From an uncultured Ilumatobacteraceae bacterium (GTDB lineage: Bacteria; Actinomycetota; Acidimicrobiia; Acidimicrobiales; Ilumatobacteraceae): 24,000 nucleotides of DNA. The stretch is from positions 57,007-81,006 of the forward strand of contig CAZGUH010000012.1 in NCBI GenBank assembly GCA_964529005.1, in the 5' to 3' direction. Below are positions 7,545 through 15,088 of this stretch, piece after piece. The position numbers and the translations under genes are program-made. How positions within the stretch are numbered: the stretch's first letter is position 1; each line of letters starts with the position of its first letter. Below the pieces are notes generated by a model, which was given only the letters and a program-made list of their open reading frames with translations, was not told the DNA's origin and did no database searches.

Positions 7545-8471
7545 ATGACCGATGTTCGAGGATGGCCGTCGATCCCGGTCGCTGCGTGGGAGGACACGCG
7601 CGACACGCTCCAGCTCTACCTCCAGGTGGTCGGCAAGGTCCGCATGGTCAACGAGCCCGCGCTGAACCATTGGTGGAACGTCCCGCTGTATGTCTCGGCG
7701 CGCGGCCTCACGACGTCGTTGGTGCCGCACCCGACGGGCCCGTCGTTCCAGATCGACGTCGACTTCGTCGACCACCGGCTCGACATCGCGACGGTCGCGG
7801 GCGAGCATCGGACGCTCGACCTCGTGCCTCGCCCGGTCGCCGACTTCTACGCGGCGACGATGCAGATGCTCGACGAGCTCGGGCTCTCCACCGAGATCTG
7901 GCCGATGCCGGTCGAGATCCCGGGGGCGATCGCGTTCGACTCCGATCGCGCGCACGCCAGCTACGACCGCGACGCGGTGCATCGCTTCTGGCTCGCGCTG
8001 GTGCAGATGACGCGCGTGTTCGACGTGTTCCGCGGCCGGTTCGTCGGCAAGTCGAGCCCCGTCCACCTGTTCTGGGGCGCCCTCGACCTGGCGTCGACGC
8101 GCTTCTCCGGCAGGACGGCGCCACCGCATCCCGGCGGCGCGCCGAACTGCGGCCCGCACGTCATGTGGGAGGCGTATTCGCACGAGGTGAGCAGCTGCGG
8201 CTACTGGCCGGGCCCGCCCGGGGAAGAAGGCGTCTTCTACTCCTACGCCTATCCGGAGCCGACGGGCTACCGCGATGCTTCCATCACTGCTGCGGGCGCC
8301 CGCTGGGACGACGAACTCGGCGAGTTCGTCCTGCCCTACGAGTTGGTCCGCACCGCCGCCGACCCCGACGCCGTTCTCCTGGAATTCCTGGAGAGCACGT
8401 ACCGTGCGGCGGCCGTCGCCGCCAACTGGGACCGTGCCGCGCTCGAACGTCACCCAGTCACGCCGGCCTGA
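7545..8471 (+). CDS. DUF5996 family protein (function unknown)
   Basis: From memory, MTDVRGWPSIPVAAWEDTRDTLQLYLQVVGKVRMV...NHWWNVPLYVSARGLTTS...SPVHLFWGALDLASTRFSGR...EAYSHEVSSCGYWPG...FYSYAYPEP matches the conserved blocks of DUF5996. GAGGAGGAG SD at 7524-7532. The start is ATG 7545 or in-frame GTG 7539. The tracked ORF start at 7254 overlaps tetR and is not credible. Confidence 0.75.
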   Translation: MTDVRGWPSIPVAAWEDTRDTLQLYLQVVGKVRMVNEPALNHWWNVPLYVSARGLTTSLVPHPTGPSFQIDVDFVDHRLDIATVAGEHRTLDLVPRPVADFYAATMQMLDELGLSTEIWPMPVEIPGAIAFDSDRAHASYDRDAVHRFWLALVQMTRVFDVFRGRFVGKSSPVHLFWGALDLASTRFSGRTAPPHPGGAPNCGPHVMWEAYSHEVSSCGYWPGPPGEEGVFYSYAYPEPTGYRDASITAAGARWDDELGEFVLPYELVRTAADPDAVLLEFLESTYRAAAVAANWDRAALERHPVTPA

Positions 8472-9003
8472 TCGAGGTCCCCGAACTCCAGCGCGGACAG
8501 CGTTCGAGGAAGCGGAGCGCGGCAGCTGCAGACTCCCTCCGCCAGAGGTGAACGATGTCGGCGTCGTCGCCGTTCGCGTCGAGGGCGGCGAGGAACTCGG
8601 TGATGCGGGCGTGTTGGGCATCGAGTGTGTCGGTGATGTCGATGCCGTTCCCGGCGGCGAGGACGATCTTGAGCAACAGCTCACTGCGTAGATCACGCAA
8701 ATGGCGCACCGGCGTGTGGAGCCAGCGGCGGAACTGGGCTCGGCCGCGGCGGGTGGCGGTGAGGATCGTGCGGCTGCCGCCGGCGATGCCGGGCTCCTCG
8801 GCGATCGGCTCGATCAGGCCGCGGCTGGCGAGCTGGTCGAGCGACCGGTACGTGAGGGCTCGGGACAGGGACCAGATCCGGCCGATGTTGGCGTCGGGTT
8901 TGAGGCGCGCGGCGATGGCGAAGCCGTGGGTGGGCGCCTCGTAGAGGATCCCCAGGCACGCCCATTCGCCGAGCAGCAGATCGTTGGCATCTGTCCGTGC
9001 CAT
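8458..9003 (-). CDS. PadR family transcriptional regulator (long form with C-terminal helical domain)
   Basis: Start ATG 9003 (MARTDANDLLLGEWACLGILYEAPTHGFAIAARL...WSLSRALTYRSLDQLASRGLIE). This is the PadR winged-helix signature, and length is ~181 aa. The upstream part of the tracked ORF is Arg/Ser/Pro junk. Confidence 0.8.
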   Translation of the reverse strand: MARTDANDLLLGEWACLGILYEAPTHGFAIAARLKPDANIGRIWSLSRALTYRSLDQLASRGLIEPIAEEPGIAGGSRTILTATRRGRAQFRRWLHTPVRHLRDLRSELLLKIVLAAGNGIDITDTLDAQHARITEFLAALDANGDDADIVHLWRRESAAAALRFLERCPRWSSGTSIRPA

Positions 9004-9052
9004 GCGCCCCAGTGTGGCGTCTCGCGTCACCGGCTGAAGGGAGCGGCGCTCG

Positions 9053-9826
9053 TCATGGCGAGACGAACCCGTACGACGCGAGGATCGCCTGCCCGGCGTC
9101 GGACAGCACGAAGTCGACGAACAACTGGGCTGCCTGTGGGTTCGGCGCCTCCTTCGTGACGGCGATCGGGTATTCCGCCACCACGTTGACGTCGGCGGGG
9201 ATCTCCACCCCGTCGGCGGCGCCGCCGGCATTGATCACGTCGGTCACGTACACGATCCCGGCGTCGGCCTCACCCAGCGTCACCTTCGACACCACCGCTC
9301 GGACGTTCTCCTCCAACGACTGGAACGCCACCGTCACGCCAGCGTTCTGGAGGACCTGCTCGGCGTAGCGGCCGCACGGCGCCTCGGGCGCGCAGGAGAT
9401 CACGATGAGATCGTCGTCCGCGAGGTCGGCGAGACCGGTGATCTCCTTCGGGTTCCCCGGCTCGACGACGATCTGTGCCCGGTTCGTCGTGAAGACCACC
9501 GGGTCCGACGCGTTGCCGCCGCCGTCGGTCAGCCTCGCCATGTTGTTCAGGTCCGCCGAGGCGAACACGTCCGCGGGCGCCCCCTCACCGATCTGGCTCA
9601 CCAGCTCCGACGAGGCGGCGAAGTTGAACGTGACGCCGGCGTCCGGGTTGGCGGCGGTGAACGCTGTGCCGAGCTCGGTGAACGCATCCGACAACGAGGC
9701 TGCCGCGAACACCGTCACGTCCCCGGCCGTGTCCTCTCCGCCGCACCCCGCCGCGAGGAGGGCGCAGACGGCGAGACCAGCGAGCAGGTGTCGAGCGGCT
9801 CCGCGCATCCGACGCACGTTAGTCAC
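9053..9826 (-). CDS. modA: Molybdate ABC transporter substrate-binding lipoprotein ModA (no modB/modC adjacent)
   Basis: Lipobox LLAAGCGG. ModA blocks VTVFAAASLSDAFTELGTAF, FNFAASSELVSQIGEGAPADVFASAD and GEADAGIVYVTD are present. Start is GTG 9826 or ATG 9808. Confidence 0.85.
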   Translation of the reverse strand: MTNVRRMRGAARHLLAGLAVCALLAAGCGGEDTAGDVTVFAAASLSDAFTELGTAFTAANPDAGVTFNFAASSELVSQIGEGAPADVFASADLNNMARLTDGGGNASDPVVFTTNRAQIVVEPGNPKEITGLADLADDDLIVISCAPEAPCGRYAEQVLQNAGVTVAFQSLEENVRAVVSKVTLGEADAGIVYVTDVINAGGAADGVEIPADVNVVAEYPIAVTKEAPNPQAAQLFVDFVLSDAGQAILASYGFVSP

Positions 9827-9858
9827 GTCGTGACGAACGAAACGTCAAGCGCTGACTA

Positions 9859-10341
9859 TCAGCTCACCAGCGCTTGCGTCGCCGTGGACTTCAGCATGGC
9901 ATTCGCCCAGCGCATCTGGCGGAGCGATTCCGGATGGCATCGCTCGGTGAGCGCCAGCAGCTGGCGCTGGCGGGCGCCCTGGGCGGCTTGGCCGAGCAGC
10001 TCCCAGTCGAGGGACACTCCGGCAGCTTTCAGGTGGACCTCGCGAAGGTCGCGGAGCAGGAGCAGCGCCGGTTCACCGCGCCGGCCGACGAGCTCTGCGC
10101 CCTTCTCCCGCAGGCGGCTCATCATCGCCGCCGTGTCGTGCGGCTCGGAATCGAGCTGGACGTCGTAATCGCCGGCGATGGCGGCCAGGTCGCGAACGTG
10201 GCCCCGGCTCCAGCGTGCGAGGTCGCGAGCGACGTAGAAGATCTCGTGGTCGGTCTTGTGGCGATCCGAGACCTGGAGCAGCTCGTGCGCCAGGTCGTTC
10301 TCGGAGCGATGCAACTCGCGGATGGCGAGCCCCAGCTTCAT
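9859..10341 (-). CDS. Hypothetical 160-aa His/Glu-rich, predicted all-helical protein, translationally coupled to the MopB oxidoreductase
   Basis: ATG 10341-10339 overlaps the TGA (10340-10338) of the upstream gene (ATGA). Sequence MKLGLAIRELHRSENDLAHELLQVSDRHKTDHEIFYVARDLARW... has non-junk composition and heptad-like hydrophobic spacing. Only the last 160 aa of tracked ORF 9859..11172 are credible. No family recognised. Confidence 0.65.
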   Translation of the reverse strand: MKLGLAIRELHRSENDLAHELLQVSDRHKTDHEIFYVARDLARWSRGHVRDLAAIAGDYDVQLDSEPHDTAAMMSRLREKGAELVGRRGEPALLLLRDLREVHLKAAGVSLDWELLGQAAQGARQRQLLALTERCHPESLRQMRWANAMLKSTATQALVS

Positions 10342-12788
10342 CGTGCGCCCTCCGTCGTCTCGTCGGCTTCGGCGTCGCTGCCTCCGACGGTGGTCGGCAC
10401 CGAGGCATCGAGCGGCCGCGACGCCGTGGTGGTGGGGGCCGGCGCAGGCGTGCCGTCGCTCAATGCGACCACCTCGAGGCGCGCAGCGGAGGTCTTGAAC
10501 AACGGCTGCTTCGAGCACGGGTCCCAGTCGGTGAGCGTCAGCTCGTTCGCCGCCCGACCGAGACCGTCGGGTTCCGAGCCGCTCGGCCGGTCCCAGTAGC
10601 CGTAGTGGAACGGCAGGAAGGCGACGCCGCGGCGGATGCCGCAGATCCGCGCCTTGGCGCTGACCGTTCCGCGCGGTGTCTCGATCTGCATGAGGTCGCC
10701 CTCTGCCGCACCGAGCGCCTCCGCGTCCGGCGCCGACAGCTCGACCCACACGTCGGGTGCAGCGCGGTCGAGTTGCGGGGCCTTGGCGGTCTTCGTGCGC
10801 GTGTGGAAGTGGTACAGCGTCCGGCCGGTGATGAGGCGGAACGGGTAGTCGTCGGACGTCTCCTCGTGCGGGGGCAGGTAGTCGGCCGCCTTGATCACCG
10901 CCTTGCCGTCCGGGTTGAGCGCCTTGTACTCGGTTTCCGACAGCGGCGCGCCGGTCACCAGGTCGCGGCCGTAGCTCTCGCAGACGTCGGGCGCGCTCCA
11001 GAACGCGCCGTCGGCGTAGAGACGCTCGGCGCCGTCGGGGTGATCCTCGTTGCACGGCCATTGGACACCGCTTCCGCCGCGCAGCTTGTCGTAGGTCAGC
11101 CCGGTGTAGTCGCAGAGCTGGCCGCGGCTGCACTCCTTCCACGCCTCGAACGCGCCCTCGGCGTCGCTCCATTTGACCAGCGGCTCGCCGTCCTTGTCCT
11201 TCAGCCCCAACCGGTGGGCGAAATCGACGAGCACGTCGAGATCAGGCCGAGCCTCGCCGGGGGGCTCGACCGCCTTCTCGGAGATGTGGACGGTGCGATC
11301 GACGTTCGTGAACGTCCCGGTCTTCTCACCCCACGTCGCTGCGGGCAGCACCACATCGGCGAGCTGAGCGGTCTCGGTCAGGAACAGGTCCTGGACGACG
11401 AGAAAGAGGCGCTCCTGGGAGAGGATGGAGCGGATGCGCGCCAGCTCGGGGAGCGAGACCGCAGGGTTGGTCGCCGTCACCCACATGAAGCGGATCGAGC
11501 CTTGCTCGGCATAGCGCATCATCTCCATCACGTGCGTCGGTGGGGAGTAATGCGGGATGTTCATCGGATCGACGTTCCACAGCCGCGCCAGATCCTCGAT
11601 GTGAGACATGTTGTGCCAGTTGCGGAACGCCGGCATGTCGCCGTCGGCGCCGCACTCCCGCGTGTTCTCCGCGGTCGGTTGCCCGTTCATCTGGAGCACG
11701 CCGCAGCCGGGCTTGCCGAGCATGCCGCGGATGATGTGGACGTTGTTGACCTGTGTCGCGGCCGCCGTCGCTTGATGTGACTGGTAGAAGCCCTGGAGCA
11801 CGGACGAGAAGAGGCGATCGGCCGTGCCGATCATCTCTGCGGCACGTTGCAGGTCGGCAGCCGGCACGTCGCAGATCTGGGCGACGCGCGTGATCGGGTA
11901 GTCCTGCACCCGCTTCTCCAGCTCTGCGAAACCGACCGCATGGGCTTCCACATACGTCGGATCGAACCAGCCGTTGCGGACCAGCTCGTGCAGAATGCCG
12001 TTCATCAGCGCGACGTTCGTGCTGGGAAGCGGGGCGAGGTGCACGGTGGCATGACGGGCGACCGGCGTGTCGCGCGGATCGACGCACACCAACGCCGGCG
12101 AATCGTTGCCGGCGAGCCGGTCGAGCACGCGGGTCCACAGCACCGTCTGGGTCTCGGCCATGTTGTGCCCGTAGAGGGCGAGGACGTCGCAGTGGTCGAT
12201 GTCGCTGTACGACCCCGGCTGGCCATCACAACCGAACGACTCTTTCAATGCTTCGGCTGCCGTGGCGGTGCACAAGCGCGTGTTGCCGTCGACGTGGTTG
12301 GTGCCGATTCCGCCATGTGCGATCAGTCCGAGGGTGTAGTACTCCTCGAGGAACAGCTGTCCACTGGTGTAGAAGCTGATCGCCGACGGTCCCTGCTCGT
12401 CGAGGAGGTCGCGGACGCGTTGCACGATGCGCCCCATCGCGGTGTCCCAGTCCGTTTCCACCAGCGTCCCGTTCTGGCGCACGAGCGGTCGCGTCAGGCG
12501 ATCTCTCGCATTGTTCGCCTGCCATCCGAAGAGATCCTTGGGGCCCAGGCGGCCGTGGTTCACCCGATCGACGGCGCGTCCTCGCACCCCGACGATGCGG
12601 CCGTCCTTGACCGCGATGTCGAGCCCGTCACCGTTGCTGTGCAGGATCGTCGCGCTCTGCACCCAGCGCTCGACGTCCGCTTCGTGCAGCCCCGGCTCCA
12701 AGAACATGTCCACCCGCACCGGCCACCGCTCGCCCCGCTCGTACGGCGTCCGTGTCCCCCATGGCTCGGCAATCCGATCGATTCGCAC
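10338..12788 (-). CDS. Molybdopterin (Mo-bisPGD, MopB superfamily) oxidoreductase, NapA/NasA/FdhF-like, lacking the N-terminal [4Fe-4S] cysteine motif and lacking a Tat signal
   Basis: 816-aa ORF. Blocks GTNHVDGNTRLCTATAAEALKESFG (Cys173 at the Mo-ligand position), DVLALYGHNMAETQ, NGQPTAENTRECG, VLPAATWGEKTGTFTN and a C-terminal beta-barrel domain (FRLITGRTLYHFHTRTKT...FLPFHYG). GTG start 12788 is preceded by GAGGAGG and an in-frame TGA. Confidence 0.9.
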   Translation of the reverse strand: MRIDRIAEPWGTRTPYERGERWPVRVDMFLEPGLHEADVERWVQSATILHSNGDGLDIAVKDGRIVGVRGRAVDRVNHGRLGPKDLFGWQANNARDRLTRPLVRQNGTLVETDWDTAMGRIVQRVRDLLDEQGPSAISFYTSGQLFLEEYYTLGLIAHGGIGTNHVDGNTRLCTATAAEALKESFGCDGQPGSYSDIDHCDVLALYGHNMAETQTVLWTRVLDRLAGNDSPALVCVDPRDTPVARHATVHLAPLPSTNVALMNGILHELVRNGWFDPTYVEAHAVGFAELEKRVQDYPITRVAQICDVPAADLQRAAEMIGTADRLFSSVLQGFYQSHQATAAATQVNNVHIIRGMLGKPGCGVLQMNGQPTAENTRECGADGDMPAFRNWHNMSHIEDLARLWNVDPMNIPHYSPPTHVMEMMRYAEQGSIRFMWVTATNPAVSLPELARIRSILSQERLFLVVQDLFLTETAQLADVVLPAATWGEKTGTFTNVDRTVHISEKAVEPPGEARPDLDVLVDFAHRLGLKDKDGEPLVKWSDAEGAFEAWKECSRGQLCDYTGLTYDKLRGGSGVQWPCNEDHPDGAERLYADGAFWSAPDVCESYGRDLVTGAPLSETEYKALNPDGKAVIKAADYLPPHEETSDDYPFRLITGRTLYHFHTRTKTAKAPQLDRAAPDVWVELSAPDAEALGAAEGDLMQIETPRGTVSAKARICGIRRGVAFLPFHYGYWDRPSGSEPDGLGRAANELTLTDWDPCSKQPLFKTSAARLEVVALSDGTPAPAPTTTASRPLDASVPTTVGGSDAEADETTEGAR

Positions 12789-12929
12789 CCGACCTCCTCA
12801 ACGCATGCGCACCGTGCATCTGCCACTACCCGCCAGCGCCGTCTCCCACACGGGCGCGCCACGGGACGCGTGCCGGCGCTCGGTCGTGCTCGTCGCCTAC
12901 GACCTCTGCGCACGGGGTACGGGCTCACC

Positions 12930-13460
12930 GTGCGAACGACCGCCACGGATCACGAGGCAGCCACTGGCCGAGAGGCGACATCGGGGTGGCGGCTGGGCCG
13001 GCGGGCTCGTCACTGGGTGCTCACCGTGCACGTGGCCGTGTCGGTGGGGCTGCTCGGCGACTCCGCCGGGTTCCTCGCCGTGGCGATCCGCCATGCCCGC
13101 GCGGACAGCTCGGCCGTGCGGGACGAGACACGGGAGGTGCTGAAGCTGTTCGCGACCTGGTTCGGGATCCCGCTCAGCTTCCTCGCCTTGCTGAGCGGAC
13201 TCGCGCTCGGACTCGGCACCCGCTGGGGCGTGTTCCGCTACCCCTGGGTGATCGCCAAGCTCGGGCTCATCGTCACCGTGATCGCGGTCGGGGCGCTCGT
13301 GTTCCGACCACTGCTGTTCGACAGCGCGACCGACGACGGCGCCTTGATCGCCGGCGCCGCCTGGGACGTCGCCGCCCTGGCCGTCGCCACTGTCTTCGGC
13401 GTCTTCAAACCCGGCCGACCTCTGCGCGGCTCACGGCACACCGCCGCGCACGACGCCTGA
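12930..13460 (+). CDS. Integral membrane protein (about 4 TM helices), function unknown
   Basis: Only the 3' third of tracked ORF 11847..13460 is credible. Hydrophobic helices are HWVLTVHVAVSVGLLGDSAGFLAVAI, FGIPLSFLALLSGLALGLG, YPWVIAKLGLIVTVIAVGALVF and LIAGAAWDVAALAVATVFGVF. There is no in-frame ATG; GTG 12930 is the best start, and the RBS is weak. Confidence 0.5.
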   Translation: MRTTATDHEAATGREATSGWRLGRRARHWVLTVHVAVSVGLLGDSAGFLAVAIRHARADSSAVRDETREVLKLFATWFGIPLSFLALLSGLALGLGTRWGVFRYPWVIAKLGLIVTVIAVGALVFRPLLFDSATDDGALIAGAAWDVAALAVATVFGVFKPGRPLRGSRHTAAHDA

Positions 13461-14402
13461 GACGCTCCGGTCCTGCTCGTCGCGCAGCGCGATGTCGACG
13501 TCCTCCCGAACGAGATCGGCGTTGATCGCGATCGCCGCGGCGGAGCCAGCTCCGGCCGACGTGATCACCTGCGCGCGAGGATCGACGGCGTTGCCGGCAG
13601 CCCACACGAGGGGATTGGTGGTGCGCCCAGTGGCATCGGCGACGGCGAAGCCGGCGCCGTCGGTGTCGTACGCGAGCGATGCGGCGAGTCCGTCGTCGTG
13701 GGGGACATTGCCGGGCCGCACGAACACCGCAGCCCGGGCGACGATGCGTTCGCCGTCGATCTCGACGCCGGACAGAGCGTCGGCGATCACGAGACGCGTC
13801 ACGGCGCCGGCCTCGACAGTGATCCCGCGCGCCGCGAGTTGGCGGCGTTCGTCGTGGTCGAGCCGGTAGGTGTGCTCGAAGAACACGACGTCGTCGGACC
13901 ACTGCCGCACGAGCAGGGCGTGCTCGACCGAGCCGGGCAGCGTGCCGAGCACGCCGAGCGGCTGGTCGCGGACTTCCCAACCGTGGCAGTACGGGCAGTG
14001 CAGCAGGTCCTTTCCCCAACGCTCCCGCACACCCGGGATGTCGGGGAGGTGATCCGTGACGCCGGTGGCGACGAGCACCCGCCGTGCGCGCAGGGTGCGG
14101 CCGCTGGCGACCACGACCTCGAGGTCGGGTGTCGCGCTCACCACGCGGTCGTCGACGACCTCCACGCCGTAGCCCGCCACCTCGCGCCGTCCGACGGCCA
14201 GCAATTCTGCCGGCGGCATCCCGTCGCGCGAGAGGAATCCCTGCATGTGCGCGGCGGGCGCGTTGCGCGGGTGTCCGGCGTCGATCACCGCGACCCTGCG
14301 ACGGGCCCGGCCGAGGACGAGCGCGGCGCTGAGGCCAGCGGCGCCGCCGCCGACGACGATCACGTCGTAGAGGGGGGAGGGGTCGGTGCTCTTGTCGTTC
14401 AT
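13431..14402 (-). CDS. NAD(P)/FAD-dependent oxidoreductase, thioredoxin-reductase-like
   Basis: Start ATG 14402 with a GGAGG SD (14412-14416 on the minus strand). It has the dinucleotide fold YDVIVVGGGAAGLSAAL and the redox motif HCPYCHGWE. Length is 323 aa. Confidence 0.85.
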   Translation of the reverse strand: MNDKSTDPSPLYDVIVVGGGAAGLSAALVLGRARRRVAVIDAGHPRNAPAAHMQGFLSRDGMPPAELLAVGRREVAGYGVEVVDDRVVSATPDLEVVVASGRTLRARRVLVATGVTDHLPDIPGVRERWGKDLLHCPYCHGWEVRDQPLGVLGTLPGSVEHALLVRQWSDDVVFFEHTYRLDHDERRQLAARGITVEAGAVTRLVIADALSGVEIDGERIVARAAVFVRPGNVPHDDGLAASLAYDTDGAGFAVADATGRTTNPLVWAAGNAVDPRAQVITSAGAGSAAAIAINADLVREDVDIALRDEQDRSVSGVVRGGVP

Positions 14403-14446
14403 CGTTCGTACCTCCGGTGGCAGAGTGCGCCACGGTCGAACGGGGA

Positions 14447-14460
14447 GCAACATTTGTTGC
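14447..14460. promoter_or_regulatory. Palindrome in the divergent flavoprotein / XRE-cupin intergenic region (candidate operator)
   Basis: GCAACA-tt-TGTTGC has 6-bp perfect arms. It lies in the relatively AT-rich 89-bp gap between start codons at 14402 (minus) and 14492 (plus). Confidence 0.3.
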
Positions 14461-14491
14461 CGGTTCTGGGAATTCGTAGTTCAATCTGCGC

Positions 14492-15088
14492 GTGGGCACG
14501 TCGGCGGAGATCGCGAGCGTCGTGGCGCAGGTCGGCGAGCGGCTGCGTCACATCAGGACGCAGCGCAGCGTGACACTCGTGCAGCTGTCGGCGGCGACCG
14601 GGATCTCGAAGAGCACGCTGTCGCGGCTCGAGTCGGGCCAACGCAAGCCCAGTCTCGAGCTGCTGCTGCCGATCGCGCAGGCACACGGCATCCCTCTCGA
14701 CGAGCTCGTCGGCGCGCCGGAGGTCGCCGATCCACGGATCCGTCCGCGGCCGCAGAAGCGGGGATCCAGGGTCGTGGTGCCGCTGACGCAGCAACCGCGC
14801 GGGATGCATGCGTGGAAGGTGGTGATCCCGCCGGAACGCCGTGAACCCGAGCTGCGCTCGCACGATGGCTACGAATGGCTGTACGTGCTGAGCGGTGAGT
14901 TGCGACTGTTGCTCGGAGGGCACGACATCACGATGACCGCCGGAGAGGTCGCCGAGTTCGACACCAACGTGCCCCACTGGTTCGGGGCCGCCGGCACACG
15001 GCCGGTCGAGATCCTCAGCTTGCTCGGCAAGCAGGGCGAGCGCGCGCACGTTCGCGCTCGACCGCGCCGCACGAACGGCGACCGATGA
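14492..15088 (+). CDS. XRE family transcriptional regulator with C-terminal cupin domain
   Basis: GTG start. HTH is LRHIRTQRSVTLVQLSAATGISKSTLSRLESGQRKPSLELLLPIAQAHGIPLDELV. Cupin is YEWLYVLSGELRLLLGGHDITMTAGEVAEFDTNVPHWFG. Confidence 0.85.
   Translation: MGTSAEIASVVAQVGERLRHIRTQRSVTLVQLSAATGISKSTLSRLESGQRKPSLELLLPIAQAHGIPLDELVGAPEVADPRIRPRPQKRGSRVVVPLTQQPRGMHAWKVVIPPERREPELRSHDGYEWLYVLSGELRLLLGGHDITMTAGEVAEFDTNVPHWFGAAGTRPVEILSLLGKQGERAHVRARPRRTNGDR

Noticed and set aside
7501-7548. 15-codon upstream ORF (MRTWPTGPRRSAPWR) whose TGA overlaps the DUF5996 ATG
   Set aside because: It has no SD in front of its ATG, its composition is typical of random GC-rich sequence, and the GAGGAGGAG inside it is better explained as the SD of the DUF5996 gene itself.
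10342-11172. N-terminal 277 aa of the tracked 437-aa ORF 9859..11172
   Set aside because: It overlaps the MopB CDS on the same strand in another frame and is Arg/Pro/Gly junk. Only the portion from ATG 10341, ATGA-coupled to the MopB stop, has protein-like composition.
11847-12929. 5' two-thirds of the tracked 537-aa plus-strand ORF 11847..13460
   Set aside because: It is antisense to the MopB gene with junk composition. Only the hydrophobic 4-TM C-terminal part downstream of the MopB start is credible as a gene.
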